A stretch of 64,000 nucleotides of DNA from Octopus vulgaris (GCA_951406725.2 OX597841.1:15872001-15936000), one strand, 5' to 3'; numbered from the stretch's first letter, positions 45,646-61,042 are shown. The notes: generated by a model from the sequence alone, not told the origin. Numbers and translations are program-made.

Positions 45646-46017
45646 TGTAGAGAGACATACAGACAGACAGAAGACAGATAGACAGAAAGTTGAGACGGAG
45701 ACTGAAGGAGAAGGTAAAGTTGAGAGAGAGAGAGCAAGAGAGAGAGAGGGAGAAAGAGAGAAAAGGAAATGACGGAGAGAGAGAGAGAGGGGGGCTGATA
45801 GATAAACAAAGGAGAGAGAACGAGAGAGTGAGAGAGAGAGAGAGATGAAAGTTGAGGGAGAGAGAGAGAGAGAGACAGAGACGGTGTGAAATGGAAAAGG
45901 AGAGAGAGTGAGAGAGTAAGGCAGACACACACACACACATATATACACACAATAAGAGAGACAGTCAGCGATTGAGAGAGACGTGGGAGCGGAGAGAAAG
46001 TGAGATACTCAGAGAAG

Positions 46018-46052
<35 letters not shown>

Positions 46053-47380
46053 AGAGAGAGAGTAGGAGAGAGAGAGAGAGAGAGAGAGTAAGAGAGTAAG
46101 AGAGAGAGAGAGAGTAAGAGAGAGAGAGAGAGAGTAAGAGAGAGAGAGAGAGTAAGAGAGAGAGAGAGAGAGTAAGAGAGAGAGAGTAGGAAAAGTTGCG
46201 AAAGAGACAGACACACAAAGAGAGACTGTCAGAGAGAACGAGAGAGTGAGAGAGAGAGAGGTGAAAGTTGAAGGAGAGAGACAGGCTGACAGAGACGGTG
46301 TGAAATGGAAAAGGAGAGAGAGAGAGAGGGGGGGAGAGACAGAGTCGGAGACACACACACACACATAAAATAGGAGAGGCAGTCAGAGATTGAGAGAGAC
46401 GTACAAGCGGAAAGAAGCTGAGAGAGAGAGAGAGAGAGAGAGGGAAAAGTTGTGAAAAGAGACAGACAGAAAGACAGTCACACAAAGAGAGACAGAGAGA
46501 AAGAGGGAGACGCAGCAGTTAGAAGAGAGACTGAGAGACCGACAAAGAGTTGGTAAAGTTGAGAGAGAGAGAGAGAGAGTAATGAACTTGGAGAGACTGA
46601 GAAAGAAGAGATGGAGAAGAGAGACGTGGAGAGGAGAGAGAGAGAGAGCAATGGACTTGGAGAGACAGAGAAAGAAGAGATGGAGAAGAGAGACGTGGTG
46701 AGGAGAGAGAGAGAGAGAGCAATGGACTTGGAGAGACAGAGAGAGAAGAAATGGAGAAGAGAGAGAGAGAGAGAGAGAGAAACCGGTACAGAGTATAGAA
46801 AACAATATAAGTTCTGAAGGTAGCGGAGGTGGTGGTAGTGATTGGAAAGGGGAAAGAGAATGAAAAGTGGGGAAGAAGAAGAAGTAGAAGAAGAAGAAGA
46901 AGAAGAAGAAGAAGAAGAAGAAGAAGAAGAAGAAGAAGAAGAAGAAGAAGAAGAAGAAGGAGAGGAGGAAGAAGAAGGAGAAGAAGAAGAAGAAGAAGAA
47001 GGAGAAGAAGAAGAAGAAGAGGAGGAAGAAGAAGGAGAAGAAGAAGAAGAAGAAGAAGAAGAAGAAGAAGAAGGAGAGGAGAAAAGAAGAAGGAGAAGAA
47101 GAAGAAGAAGAAGAAGAAGAGAATGAAGGAGGAAGAAGAAGAAGAAGAAGAAGAAGAAGAAGAAGAAGAAGAAGGAGAGGAGGAAGAAGAAGGAGAAGAA
47201 GAAGAAGAATGAAGATGAAGAAGTAGAAGAAGAAGAAGAAGAAGAAGAAGAAGAAGAAGAAGAAGAAGGAGACGAAGAAGAAGAAGAAGAAGAAGAAGAA
47301 GAGAAAGGAGACCAAGAAGAAGAAGAAGAAGGAGAGGAAGAAAAAAAGAAAGAAGAGGAAGAAGAAGAAGAAGGGAGAGG
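41040..47380. repeat. 6.3-kb purine-rich (GA) tract with embedded minisatellites and (GAA)n
   Basis: Strong strand asymmetry. Includes GGATATAG(A/T)CAGTGACA units (41410-41890) and (GAA)n at 46870-47370. Confidence 0.95.
43331..44110. repeat. 40-bp minisatellite, about 19-20 copies
   Basis: Unit GAGAGACAGATAGACAGACAGATAGACAGTGGTAATTAAA. Confidence 0.95.
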
Positions 47381-47521
47381 AAGGGAGACGAAGTGTGGAA
47401 TGACGCGTGTGGCGGGGTGTGCAGGTTGAGGAAGGGAGTTTAACATAGAAATTTATTGGTTTATATATCTACGTTTGTTTACATGATGTGTGGAAAAAGT
47501 GTATGTATATACATATATATC

Positions 47522-47555
<34 letters not shown>

Positions 47556-48024
47556 ATGCGTGTGTACATACTTGTATACACGCATACGTATGCACATAAT
47601 GCATATAGAACGATAAAATATATATGTATACATACATAGATACATATATGTATGCATATATATACATACACATATATATGCATATATAAACATATATATA
47701 TATATGTACGCTACATATATATATATACATAATATTATTGTATATCATATGATACGTCTAGCATATAAAATATATTACTGTATATAATGTATATCTAAAA
47801 CATATATACGCGCGCGCACGTGTGTGTGTGTGTGTGTGTGCTCATATACAATTATATACACATATTAATGCAAGTATGTGTGAATGTATGAATTTAAATT
47901 TGTATTTTATATAATATTTCATAATTGTACATAAAAAGGAAAAAATGTGAATTATATAAATTACATCCGAAGCGATACACGTTCATGAAATTATACACCC
48001 ATCCATACATATACATATATACAT

Positions 48025-48029
<5 letters not shown>

Positions 48030-48073
<44 letters not shown>

Positions 48074-48074
48074 G

Positions 48075-48106
<32 letters not shown>

Positions 48107-48116
48107 TGTATGTATG

Positions 48117-48148
<32 letters not shown>

Positions 48149-48287
48149 TATATGTATGTAGTGTATGTATGTATGTATGTATGTGTGTATGTATGTATGT
48201 ATGTGTGTATGTATGTATGTATGTATGTATGTATGTATGTATGTATGTATGTATGAAGGTATGTATGTATGTATGTATGTATGTATG

Positions 48288-48321
<34 letters not shown>

Positions 48322-48487
48322 TGTATGTATGTGTGTATGTATGTATGTATGTATGTATGTATGTATGTATGTATGTATGTATGTATGTATATATGAATGT
48401 GTATGTATGTATGTATGTATGTGTATGTATGTATGTATGTATGTATGTATGTATGTATGTATGTATGTATGTATGTATGCATGTATG

Positions 48488-48521
<34 letters not shown>

Positions 48522-49645
48522 TGTATGTATGCATGTATGTATGTATGTATGTATGTATGTATGTATGTATGTATGCATGTATGTATGTATGCATGTATGT
48601 ATGCATGTATGTATGCGTGTATGTATTCCTATGTAATGTGCGTACACGCGTGGTGCACGCGCGTTACGTCTAAGACTCACATCGCACCGAACTCGCATTC
48701 ACAATGATAAGAATAATATTAAGGATATTGTGAAAATAATGCTGGAACGAGTCTTAGCACCGCCGCCACCACCACCACCACCACCACCACCGCCGCCGCC
48801 GCCGCCATCACTGACTAAAACGATAACAACATCAACAACAACAACAACAGTAATGAAATAAATTTAAAAACTATATTTATTTCTTTTTTTACTTCGGCTC
48901 TTTTTGGGGTTTTTTTTTTGGTGTTTCTTTTTTTTTTCTTTTTTTGTATTTCTCTGCGCGGTGGCGGCGGCGGTGACATAAGTGTGGTGGTGGTTGTGGC
49001 GGCGACGGCGGCGGTGGAGGTGAGAGGTGGGGGGGTGAAGGTGTGTGGGTGGGGTGGGGGGGAAAAGAGTCTGTAGTTATATTTTTCAGTGTTTTTTGGC
49101 GATTTTTGTCAATGTTTTGGAGCGAGAAGCGTGCGTTAAGCTGGGTGGGCGTGGCTTGAATATTCATAAGCAACGCTGTCGAATGTGTGTGTGTATGTAT
49201 GTATGTATGTATGTGTGTGTGTATGTATGTGTGTATGTATGTATGTATATATGTGTGTATGTATGTATGTATGTATGTATGTATGTATGTATGCATGTAT
49301 GTATGTATGTATGTATGTATGTATGTATGTATGTATGTATGTGTATGTATGTATGTATGTATGTATGTATGTATATATGTGTATGTATGTATGTATGTAT
49401 ATATGTGTATGTATGTATGTATGTATGCATGTATGTATGTATGTATGTATGTATGCATGCATGTATGTATATATGTGTATGTATGTATTATGTATGTATG
49501 TATGTGTGTATGTGTGTATGAGAGTGTCTGTCTGTGCGTATATATATATACATGTGTGTGTATGCCTGTTTGTATTTATGTATTTATGTATGTATATATT
49601 CATGTATGTATATGTGTGTGTGTATGTTTGTATGTTTGTTTATAC

Positions 49646-49676
<31 letters not shown>

Positions 49677-50232
49677 TGTCTGTATGTATGTATGTATGTA
49701 TGTATGTGTGTATGTATGTATGTATGTATGTATGTATGTATGTATGTATGTATGTATGTATGTATGTATGCATGTATGTATGTATGTATGTATGTATGTA
49801 TGTATGTATGTATGTATGTATGCGTGTGTATGTATGTATGTTTGTATGTATGTATGTATGTATGTATGTATGTATGTATGTATGTATGTATGTATGTATG
49901 TATGTATGTATGTATGTATGTATGTATGTATGTATGTATGTATGTATGTATGTATGTATGTATGTATGTATGTATGTATGTATGTATGTGTGTATGTATG
50001 TATGTATGTATCTATGTGTATGTATGTATGTATGTATGTTTGTATGTATGTACGAACGTGCGTACTTATGTACGTGCGTACTTGTGTATATGTACATAGG
50101 TATATATATGTATGTATATATATTTATGTATGCATGGATGTCTATATGCATAGATTTATATTATGTACGTCCATATATATGTATGTATGTGATTGTGCCT
50201 ACGCGAGTGGTCGCTCGGGCGTACTTGCATTC

Positions 50233-50266
<34 letters not shown>

Positions 50267-50410
50267 ATGTGTGTGTGTGTGTGTGTATAACTGTGCATGC
50301 GTTAGTGTATATGCGGTAGGCATGTGTATATATATGAATTCGTGTGAAAGTCTATACGTGTGCGTTCGTCTGCGTGCAATGTTTTGACTAATGGCTGTGT
50401 ATTAAGACTT

Positions 50411-50442
<32 letters not shown>

Positions 50443-50456
50443 GCAGCGGCAGCAGG

Positions 50457-50522
<66 letters not shown>

Positions 50523-50588
50523 TGCAGCAGCAGTAGTAGTAGTAGTAGTTGCAGCAGCAGCAGCAGCGGTAGTAGTAGTAGTAGTAGC

Positions 50589-50650
<62 letters not shown>

Positions 50651-50787
50651 CAGCAGCAGCAGCACTAATGGCCATGACAATAATCTTGATGATTATGATG
50701 ACGATAATGATGATGATGATGATGATGTTATTGACGATGTTGATGATGGAGATGGTGGTGATGCTAATGATGACGATAGTATATATA

Positions 50788-50843
<56 letters not shown>

Positions 50844-50870
50844 CATATATACATATATATATATATACGA
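48030..50870. repeat. (TATG)n arrays and (GTA/GCA/GAT)n trinucleotide arrays
   Basis: Visible arrays around a short GC-richer island at 48640-49180. Confidence 0.9.
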
Positions 50871-51081
50871 TTTAATTAGAGAAGATATGTTATCCTCGTG
50901 ATAGGAGATGGTTACTCCCAAGGAAACACTGGTTCAATACCTAGTGTTGTTGGAAAATGAAATTTCCTTGAAACAACAGATATGTATTAAGCATATAGTT
51001 TAAATCCCGTTAAAAGAAGGAAGTAAAAACTGAGGCAAGGAACTTAGCAATTATTTATTATTAATGAATAGGTCGTCTTCG

Positions 51082-51611
51082 CTACTTACGGCCGTTTTCA
51101 ATTAATACGCGATGATATAATTACAAATTTCTCTTTCTCTTTCTCTTTTTACTTGTTTCAGTCATTTCGACTGCGGCCATGCTGAAGCACCGCCTTTAGT
51201 CGAGCAAATCGACCCTGGGACTTATTCTTTAGTAAGCCCAGTACTTATTCTATCGGTATCTTTTTGCCGAACCGCTAGTGACGGACGTAAACACACCAGC
51301 ATTGGTTGTCAAACCATGCTAGGGGGACAAACACACACACACAAACATATACACACACACACATATATATATACATACATATATACGACAGACTTCTTTC
51401 AGTTTTCGTCTACCAAATCCACTCACAAGGCATTGGTCGGCCCAGAGGCTATAGCAGAAGACACTTGCTCAAGATGCCACGTGCAGTGGGACCGAACCCG
51501 TAACCATGTGTGGTTGGTTAGCAAGCTACTTACCACACAGCCACTCCTGCGCCTATACATTTGTACATTAAATTCGCATTATGTGACGTGGACATAATTT
51601 CATCAGAGGAA
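51082..51611 (-). ncRNA. Hammerhead fold split by a SINE insertion
   Basis: Minus strand TTCCT-CTGATGA-AATTA...[SINE]...TAATT-GAA(A)-ACGGCCGT-A-AGTAG. Confidence 0.5.
51131..51553 (-). mobile_element. SINE family 1, full length, many 1-bp indels
   Basis: Homology; TSD-like TACA(A)ATTT / TACATTT flanks. Confidence 0.9.
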
Positions 51612-51930
51612 AAGACTTACCTTGAGATGTTATAAGCTGACCTATCGAACCATTTCAGCGGCGAAATCGTGATGACCATTTCAGATGACCAATTTGTTAA
51701 TAATAAATCATTGTTGACTTACTAACCCCTATTTTCTTTTCTTCTTTTAACTATATATGTATTGCTAGTTTGTTTGAGCTACAAGGGTTATGGCCACACC
51801 TGGAGCATAGTATATGCTGCCGATGGAAACGGACGACGGGGTTCCTTGTTTTTTTTTTGTTTTTTTCTTATTGTTGTTTTCGCTTTCTAATGTTGTGGTT
51901 GTATATAAACTTGGTTATTGCTATTTTTAT

Positions 51931-52030
51931 NNNNNNNNNNNNNNNNNNNNNNNNNNNNNNNNNNNNNNNNNNNNNNNNNNNNNNNNNNNNNNNNNNNNNN
52001 NNNNNNNNNNNNNNNNNNNNNNNNNNNNNN
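51931..52030. other. Assembly gap (100 N)
   Basis: N run. Confidence 1.
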
Positions 52031-52082
52031 GTTATTGCTATTTTTATCAGAGGGGGTGACTACGTTGAGACTTTCTCTCTCT

Positions 52083-52139
<57 letters not shown>

Positions 52140-52890
52140 CCTCTCTCTGTCTTTCTTTCTCTCTCACTTGCTTCTACGCTCTCTCTCTCTCTCTCTCTCT
52201 CACCGTAACTCTCTCTTTTTCTCTGTGTTCTCTCTCTGTCGCTGTGTGCGTTTCTCTTTCTCTCTCTCTCTTTCGCTCTCTCTCTCTTTCGCTCTCTCTC
52301 TCTTTCGATGTATCTCTCTCTCTCTCTCTCTTTCTCTCCACACACATCTTTGGCTGGTTGAGATAGAGAGGTGAGAGACAGTCAGGGAGAAAGAGAGAAT
52401 AAGAGACAGAGAGAGTCAAAGGAGATGGGAGAGGCACACAGAGCAGACAGAGAGAGAAAAAGGAGAGAGAGAGAGAGAGTCAGGGAGAGACATAGGGGTT
52501 AGAGTGAGCAAAGGGAGAGTGAGGGAGAGAAGGGCTGAGCAGAGAGAGAAAGGGAGAATAATTAGAGAGCAAATGGAGAGTGAGGGATATAGGGATGGAG
52601 GAAGAGCGAGAGATAGGGAATGAGAGAGAGAGGGAGAGCAGTTAGAATTAGAGAAGAAGTAGTTCCAAAGCAGATGGAGAGAGAGAGAAATAGAGAGCAG
52701 AGTTAGAGAGACAGACAGAGATAGCGAGAGATAGCGAAAGGGCAGAGAGTGAGGGAGGGAGAGAGAGAGAGAGTAGATAGAGAAGACAGACACAGACAGA
52801 GAGAAGAGATCAGAGTGAGAGAGCGAAAGAGAAAGAGACAGCAAAGGCAGAGATTGAGCAGATAGAGAGACAGAGAGTGACAGACAGCAT

Positions 52891-52921
<31 letters not shown>

Positions 52922-53896
52922 ATAACGATTGAGACTGAGCAAATAGAGATAGAGAGAGAGACAACAAAGATAGACTGAGCAGATAGATAGATAGATAAAT
53001 AGAGAGGGAGAGAGAGAGAGAGAGTATATAGTTAGACAGACATGAAAAGAGAGAGGAAAAGAGAAGAGAGACAGAGAGAGAGTGAGGGAGAGAGCATATA
53101 GTTAGACAGACAGAAAGAGAGAGAGGGCGAAGTGGAAGAGAGACAGAGAGAAGGTATGAGAGAGAGAGAGAGAGAGTGGATTTAGTTAGACAGACAGAAA
53201 GAGAGAGAGGGCGAAGGAAAAGAGAGATAGAGGGAGAGAGTGGGAGAGAGACAGACAGAAGAAGAAGAAGAAGAAGAAGAAGAAGAAGAAGAGGAAGGGG
53301 AAGGAGAAGAAGAAAAAGAAGAAGAAGAAGAAGAAGAAGAAGAAGAAGAAGAAGAAGAAGAAGAAGAAGAAGAAGAAGAAGAAGAAGAAGAGTGACAGAG
53401 AGAGAGTGAGAGAGAGCATTTAGTTAGACAGACAGAAAGAGAGATAGGGTGAGTGGAAGAGAGACAGAGAGAGAGAGAGAGAGAGAGCATATAGTTAGAC
53501 AGACAGAAAGAGAGAGAGGGTGAGTGGAAGAGAGACAGAGAAAAACTGAGAGAGAGAGAGAGACAGAGAGTGGATATAGTTAGACAGACAGAAAGAGAGA
53601 GAGAGGGCGAAGGCGAAGAGAGACAGAGGGAGAGAGCGAGAGAGAGACACAGACAGAGAGAGAGAGAGAGCATATAGTTAGACAAAAGAGAGAGAGAGAG
53701 ATAGACAGATGGAGTATTTATTTTGGTGAGAGTTAGGTGAGAGCCAACGAAGCAGCAAGAGATAAACAAGGAGAGCGGATTTCGTGAAAAGCTCTTCAAG
53801 GGAGCAAGGAGAGAGGGAGAGATGCTAAAAGTTTTCCACAAACTCCGTATGGCTATAAACCCCACCACCAACACCACACACACACACACACAAATG

Positions 53897-53957
<61 letters not shown>

Positions 53958-53992
53958 ATGTGCATATGTCTATCCGTCAATCTATCTATATG

Positions 53993-54064
<72 letters not shown>

Positions 54065-54096
54065 CATATATATATATATGTATATGTATATATATA

Positions 54097-54295
54097 ACGG
54101 GAAAGTTTACGAAAATAAAGAAAAGACGAAGGCAGGTGGAGTACAAACAAACAAATGTATTAGTTTAACGCTCAGGAATAGAAAAAGTCTTTTACGTTTC
54201 GAGCCTACGCTCTTCCACAGAAAGGGACACAGAAAAAAAAACAAGGAGAGAAACATGGAGAGAAAAAGGAAAGAAAAAAATGCGTGTAGGAGCTA
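54097..54295 (-). mobile_element. Hammerhead-bearing element family B
   Basis: Fold at 54189-54224: CTTT-CTGTGGA-A-GAGC-GTAG-GCTC-GAA-ACGT-A-AAAG. (TA)n on both sides. Confidence 0.65.
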
Positions 54296-54327
54296 TATAT
54301 ATATATATATACATATGTGTGTATGTG

Positions 54328-54371
<44 letters not shown>

Positions 54372-54374
54372 CAT

Positions 54375-54615
54375 GTTTGCTTCTGAGCCGCGTGGTTCCC
54401 GGTTCAGTCCCGCTGCGTGACACCTTGGGCATGTGTCTTCTCCTATAGCCTCGGGCCCGCCAAAGACTTGTCGGAGTGGATTTGGTAGACGGAGACTGAA
54501 AGAAGCCCGTCATATATACATAAATATATACATGCATATAGGTATTTATATACACACACATGCACACAGACAGACAGGCAGACAGACAGACAGACAGACA
54601 GACAGATAGATAGAC

Positions 54616-54652
<37 letters not shown>

Positions 54653-54848
54653 TGCGGTGTGTGCTGTTCTGTCGTCACAACTCCACGCTGCCGCCTTGAG
54701 AACCGGTGCTAGTTTATTTACGTCCCTATAACTTAGCATTTCGGCAAAAAAAAAAAAAGATAAGCTCTGGGGCCGATTCGTTTGACTAAAATCCTTTGAG
54801 ACAGTGCTCCAGCATGGCCGCAGTCCACCGACTGAAACAAGTAAAAGA
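54375..54848 (+). mobile_element. SINE family 1, diverged
   Basis: Homology with an expanded internal microsatellite. Confidence 0.8.
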
Positions 54849-54849
54849 T

Positions 54850-54885
<36 letters not shown>

Positions 54886-55034
54886 TACATTACGTATAGA
54901 TATTGTTGAAGTGTTAATGATGGTGGTAGAAGAATGAGGACGGGGGGGAGGAATAGCTGGACTAGAGAGAGGGGTATAAAGAGAGAAAGAACGAGAAAGA
55001 GAGAGGGGGACATAGGCGAAGCGAGTGAGGCAGC

Positions 55035-55066
<32 letters not shown>

Positions 55067-55128
55067 TAGAACGGAGTGAACGAAGAGAGAAGAAACAGAC
55101 GGACGAATACAGAGTGTACGTGATTGTA

Positions 55129-55160
<32 letters not shown>

Positions 55161-55395
55161 CTTTGAAGTGTATGTCTGTAGTTGTGTGTGTGTGTGAGTG
55201 CTGGTAGTGAGGGCGTGGCCTACGCGACACCCTTTCCCTACTCCGCCAGCTTCAGACCTTCTGCTATCGTTGCTGTCTGTCAATCTGTCTTATTATTTAA
55301 CCACGCCCCCTGCTCTGCATGTGTGTGTGTTGTGTATAATCTTATGTATTTTGACTATCTATCTATCTCTCTCTCTCTCTTTCTCTCTCTCTCTT

Positions 55396-55486
<91 letters not shown>

Positions 55487-55489
55487 GTC

Positions 55490-55528
<39 letters not shown>

Positions 55529-55557
55529 CTATCTATCTATCCATCTATCTATCTATC

Positions 55558-55598
<41 letters not shown>

Positions 55599-55625
55599 AT
55601 CTATCTATCCATCTATCAATCTATT

Positions 55626-55668
<43 letters not shown>

Positions 55669-55677
55669 CTATCTATT

Positions 55678-55718
<41 letters not shown>

Positions 55719-55727
55719 CTATCTATT

Positions 55728-55782
<55 letters not shown>

Positions 55783-55837
55783 GTCGATCTATCTGACTGT
55801 CTCTCTCTTACTCTCTATCTATCTATCCATCTTTTTC

Positions 55838-55896
<59 letters not shown>

Positions 55897-56210
55897 ATCT
55901 ACCTATCCGTCTGTCTGTCTGTGTTCTATGCATGTGCGCGTGCGCGTGTGCCTGCAAACCCGTTATTGAAACAAAAAAAGCGTATGCATGCATACGTATA
56001 TCCACGCGTGTATGTGTATGTGTGTTTGTGTTTGTGCGTGTATATAAGTTTGTGTATATGTTTGCATGTATGTATGTATCAATGTATATATGCATGCATT
56101 TATGTACAATTATAAATGTATACTCCACTCTAAAATCGCACGCACATGTATATTGTCTTTCTGTCTGTCTGTCTATCTATCTTATCTATCTATCTATCTA
56201 TCTATCTATC

Positions 56211-56293
<83 letters not shown>

Positions 56294-56294
56294 C

Positions 56295-56427
<133 letters not shown>

Positions 56428-56721
56428 CCTACCTACCTATCTATCTATCTATCTGTCTGTCTGTCTATCAGTATATCTGTACCTGTGCGTGTGCGTGTGT
56501 GCGCGTGTATAACGGGTGTATCGTTGAAAGTAAGGGTTCGCGAAACGGGTATCCTGCATACAACCTTTTTTCCCCCTGATGTTCTGCGCGCACGGACACA
56601 CAGACACACAAAAAAACACCCGCTCTCTCTCTCTCTCTGTCTCTCGCTCGCGCGCGAACACACGAACACAGCGCAGACGCACAAAACACACACACGCACA
56701 GTGTAATACATACATACATAT

Positions 56722-56761
<40 letters not shown>

Positions 56762-57128
56762 ATATATATAATTTGTTTTGTCGCTTCAATGCCTTTGACT
56801 TACAGTTGTTCTTAGTTATTAAAACTGCTACTACTACTACTACTAACTACTACTACTAATACTAATACTACTAGCAACATCATTATTATTATTATTAATA
56901 TTATTATTATTATTGTTATTGTTATTATCATTATTATTATTATTGATGCTGCTGCTGCTGCTGCTGTTGTTGTGTTTAGCATCTTTCTTTCTTTCTTTCT
57001 TCCTTTCTGTCTTCCTTCCTTCCTTCCTTCCGTTCTTCCTTTCTGGTCTTGAAGCTCCGCCTACTTCCACCCTGAAATGTTTTTCCACCACCACCACCAC
57101 AACCAACACTACCACCACCACCACCACC

Positions 57129-57195
<67 letters not shown>

Positions 57196-57518
57196 CTCTG
57201 ATCTACCCCCCCCCCCACCCCCTCAAACCATCACCACCACCGTCTCCGTCTCCGCCGTCGCCGCCGCTGTGATACTGAGATGCTCGCTTCACCTCCAGCG
57301 GCATCGTGCCGCTCGCCTGCCCGCCACCACGACCTTCCCCCTCTTCTTCCACTGCCACTACTCACACCACCACCACCACCACCACCACCACCACCACCAC
57401 CTTAGATTACCTCCTCTCACCACAACTCTCATTGACAGACGCTCACACACACACACACACACACACGTTTTCATATACACACATGCATACAACAAACACA
57501 CATATATATACACACATG

Positions 57519-57552
<34 letters not shown>

Positions 57553-57740
57553 AAAAGAGAGAGAGAGATAGAGAGAGAGAAGGAGACACGCGCGTGTACA
57601 CATATCTTACTCGCCCGCTTCCACCACTTTCAAACACCACCGCTGCCATCCATGACCACCACCACTAACATTAACACTGCCACCCTTACCACCATTGATG
57701 CTCTTAGTTCTTCTACTACCACCACCACCACCACCACCAT

Positions 57741-57779
<39 letters not shown>

Positions 57780-57827
57780 AGCTTTGCGATCACCTTAGGC
57801 TTCTTCATCACCACCGCCGCCACCTCC

Positions 57828-57890
<63 letters not shown>

Positions 57891-58142
57891 ACACTATTAT
57901 CATCATCATAAGCTTCCATTAACCATTATTTTCCTAATGGAAACATTACCGCTATCACCACCACCACCACCACCACCACCCTAACCACCACCACCACCAC
58001 CACCACCGCCGCCGCCCTCTCCGCCGTTACTACTACCACTGCTAGTACTACGACTGCACCACCACCACCACCACCACCGAACCACGGCGCCCCACCACCA
58101 TTACTATCAGCAGCGGTAGTAGAAGCACATACACAGCACACC

Positions 58143-58181
<39 letters not shown>

Positions 58182-58624
58182 TTTATATATATATGTATAT
58201 ATATACCGCCCTCTCCCCCTTTCTCTCTCTGTCTCGGTCTATTCCTCAATTTCTCTCTCCCCGCCCTACAAAACACACACACACACGTATATATATACAT
58301 ATATATATATACATAAATATCAACACACACACGTATATATACATATATATATATATATAAATATAAACACACATATATATATATGTGTGTGTGTGTGTGT
58401 GTCTGTATACACACACGCATACACACGGACACACAGTCACGCATAGAACAGCACAGGCGCGCACTCGCAGATAGACAGAGCGAAGGAGAGAAGAAACGAA
58501 TGAATGGAGAAGGAAAGAAAGTAAGAAAGAAAGAAGGAAAGAAAGGAGAAAAAAAAAAGGAAGAGGAAAGAGAGGAGTGGAGAAGAGAAGAGAAAAAAAG
58601 AAGAAAAAAACCCCCCAACTGTGC

Positions 58625-58705
58625 AAACTCCGCCCCGTCCTCACCCAAGCGCCAACCTTGGGCTTTTTAAAAGTGTCCGTAGTAGATTGAAGTCAGCAGT
58701 CCTCG
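58625..58705 (+). promoter_or_regulatory. Candidate SoxC core promoter
   Basis: GC box CCGCCC (58630-58635), TATA-like TTTAAAAG (58666-58673) and Inr-like TCAG/CAGT (58693-58700) about 29 nt downstream, in a non-repetitive island upstream of SoxC. Confidence 0.5.
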
Positions 58706-60546
58706 CGTATGAACACCAAGAGAGCGGATGGTAAACTTCAGTTAATCCAATTTGCCCCTTCACACGAGGCATTTTCGTGAAAGCGCAAGGATAAATACAC
58801 TAAAAAAATATCATATATATATATTATATATATATATATATATATAAATATATAATCCGCGTATATATTTATATATATATATATAGTTATATATAAATAT
58901 ATATAATTCATATATATTTATATATATATATAATATATATATCATATATTTGTATATTGTACATTTTGTTTTCCGCGACTGGACTTAAAATTATGCAGTG
59001 TTCTTTTTAAATTATTTATTTGAAACCCCCACGAGATATACATATATATATATATATGTGTGTGTGTGTGTATATGGAAAGTTTATAAACTCGTGCGTTT
59101 ATATATACACACTCGTAAGAAAAAGGAAAAATAATTGACAAAAACGTGATAAAAAAAAACCTGTGACTATATATATATATATATATATATACATACATAT
59201 ATGTATAATATATATACGTGTATTTGGATTTTATTATCGAAAACTACGCAAACTTCATTTGAGAGAACGGACAAGCGAATATATATATTGTGGTATATAT
59301 GCGGCTTATATGTATTCGTCACACATGGACTGCGGACTGTTTGTATACACTTTCCACGCATAGTTGATGGATGTTTTTCCCATTTTGCAAAGGTAGGAAA
59401 AGGTGACCCCTCCTCATCAAAACAAAGAGGGAAGGTAATCGAAAGCACTGTGGCCCTGAAAAACTCACTTTCTTTTTGGATTTACTCGCAGGAGAACCTC
59501 AACCGCAATTCGATAAAAACCGCAAAAGTTTGACGAAAGGCGACAAAAACAAAAACGTGGTTTTACCTCGTTTGTATATTTTGTATTATTATATATTTTT
59601 GGTGCAACAACAACAACTAAAACAAAAACCACCGCAAAAAAAAAAACACAAACGAAAAACATAATTAACTAAATTCTGGACTGTAATATCAATTAATTTA
59701 TAATAATATTAATTTTAATTATCTTTGACGCAAGGACCATCAAAAACACAAACACGCACCTTACCTACCTTATCTTTCAAAGCTAAAATTTTGAAATCAG
59801 CGGCAAGTTATTATCAGCTACTTCAACAACGATACATTTTAAATACCACCGAACCCCTTAAATATATATATATATATACACTCGTGCATACACACACACA
59901 TATATATATACTGTAACGTGCTTGAAATTGTACTGAAAGAAAGGAAGAAATAATTTCTCATTTAACATACACATTTATTCACTTCAGCTTCGCGGACTTT
60001 AATCATAAATATATATACATACACACACACATATATATATTTATAAATACATCTGCATATATATTTAACTTGTCCATTTTATATTTAAATTGATCTTCTA
60101 CTCGGATTGGAGTTTATACACCCGCAGACGCAAAGGCACTATATATATATATATATATATATAATTTATGTATATATACATTGGTTCGTTCAAGATTTCA
60201 CCGGAATATATATATATTTACCAAAACGAAAGGACTCGAAAAGTTGTGAGTAAAATTTGAATGCGTGCAATTGTTTGTGTATATATATACATATATACTA
60301 TATATATATTGATGCTTCGAAACACTGGATATTTATAAACAAGAAGAAGAAATATATATATATATATATATATATACATGAATATATAATTTAATGTGTG
60401 AACACGCACAACGCTAAACTGAATTTTTTTACATACACACGTGTATATATTTATACCGAAATATTGAATTATATGTGTATATAATATATATATATGAACA
60501 CACAGTCGCAAAGCTTACTCTATATTTATGTTCAACAGAAAAAAAC

Positions 60547-60589
<43 letters not shown>

Positions 60590-61042
60590 GTATATATAAG
60601 TATATACACTTGTAAATTAACGGGCTGAAAAGTTGATTTGTGATCTTGTTTGTTTACCGTGCGGATCTTTCATAAGCTACCACGACCACCGCTACTACCA
60701 CCGCCACTACTACTACTACTACTACTATTCGTACTACTATTAATACAACTACTGCCAGCATTTCATAAACTACTACAGCTAACTTAACCACTGCCAACAT
60801 CAAAACCATCACCAACATCATCATCATCTTCCTCATCGTTATCTCCTTGATCGACATTTTTATTATTTTTATTATTATTATTGTTAAGAACATCGGTGAT
60901 TTTAAACATATCAAACCAAACCACAGCAACCTCAAATTCGATAATAATAATAATAATAATATTAATAATAATAACAGTAATATTATCGCCATCAGGTTCG
61001 ACTGTACCAAAAACTGCATAATTGTATAATAATAATATCGCC

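Noticed and set aside
61022-61042. ORF-track start at TTG 61022
   Set aside because: The ATG at 61043 has a strong Kozak context and gives the SoxC-like MVPQ start.
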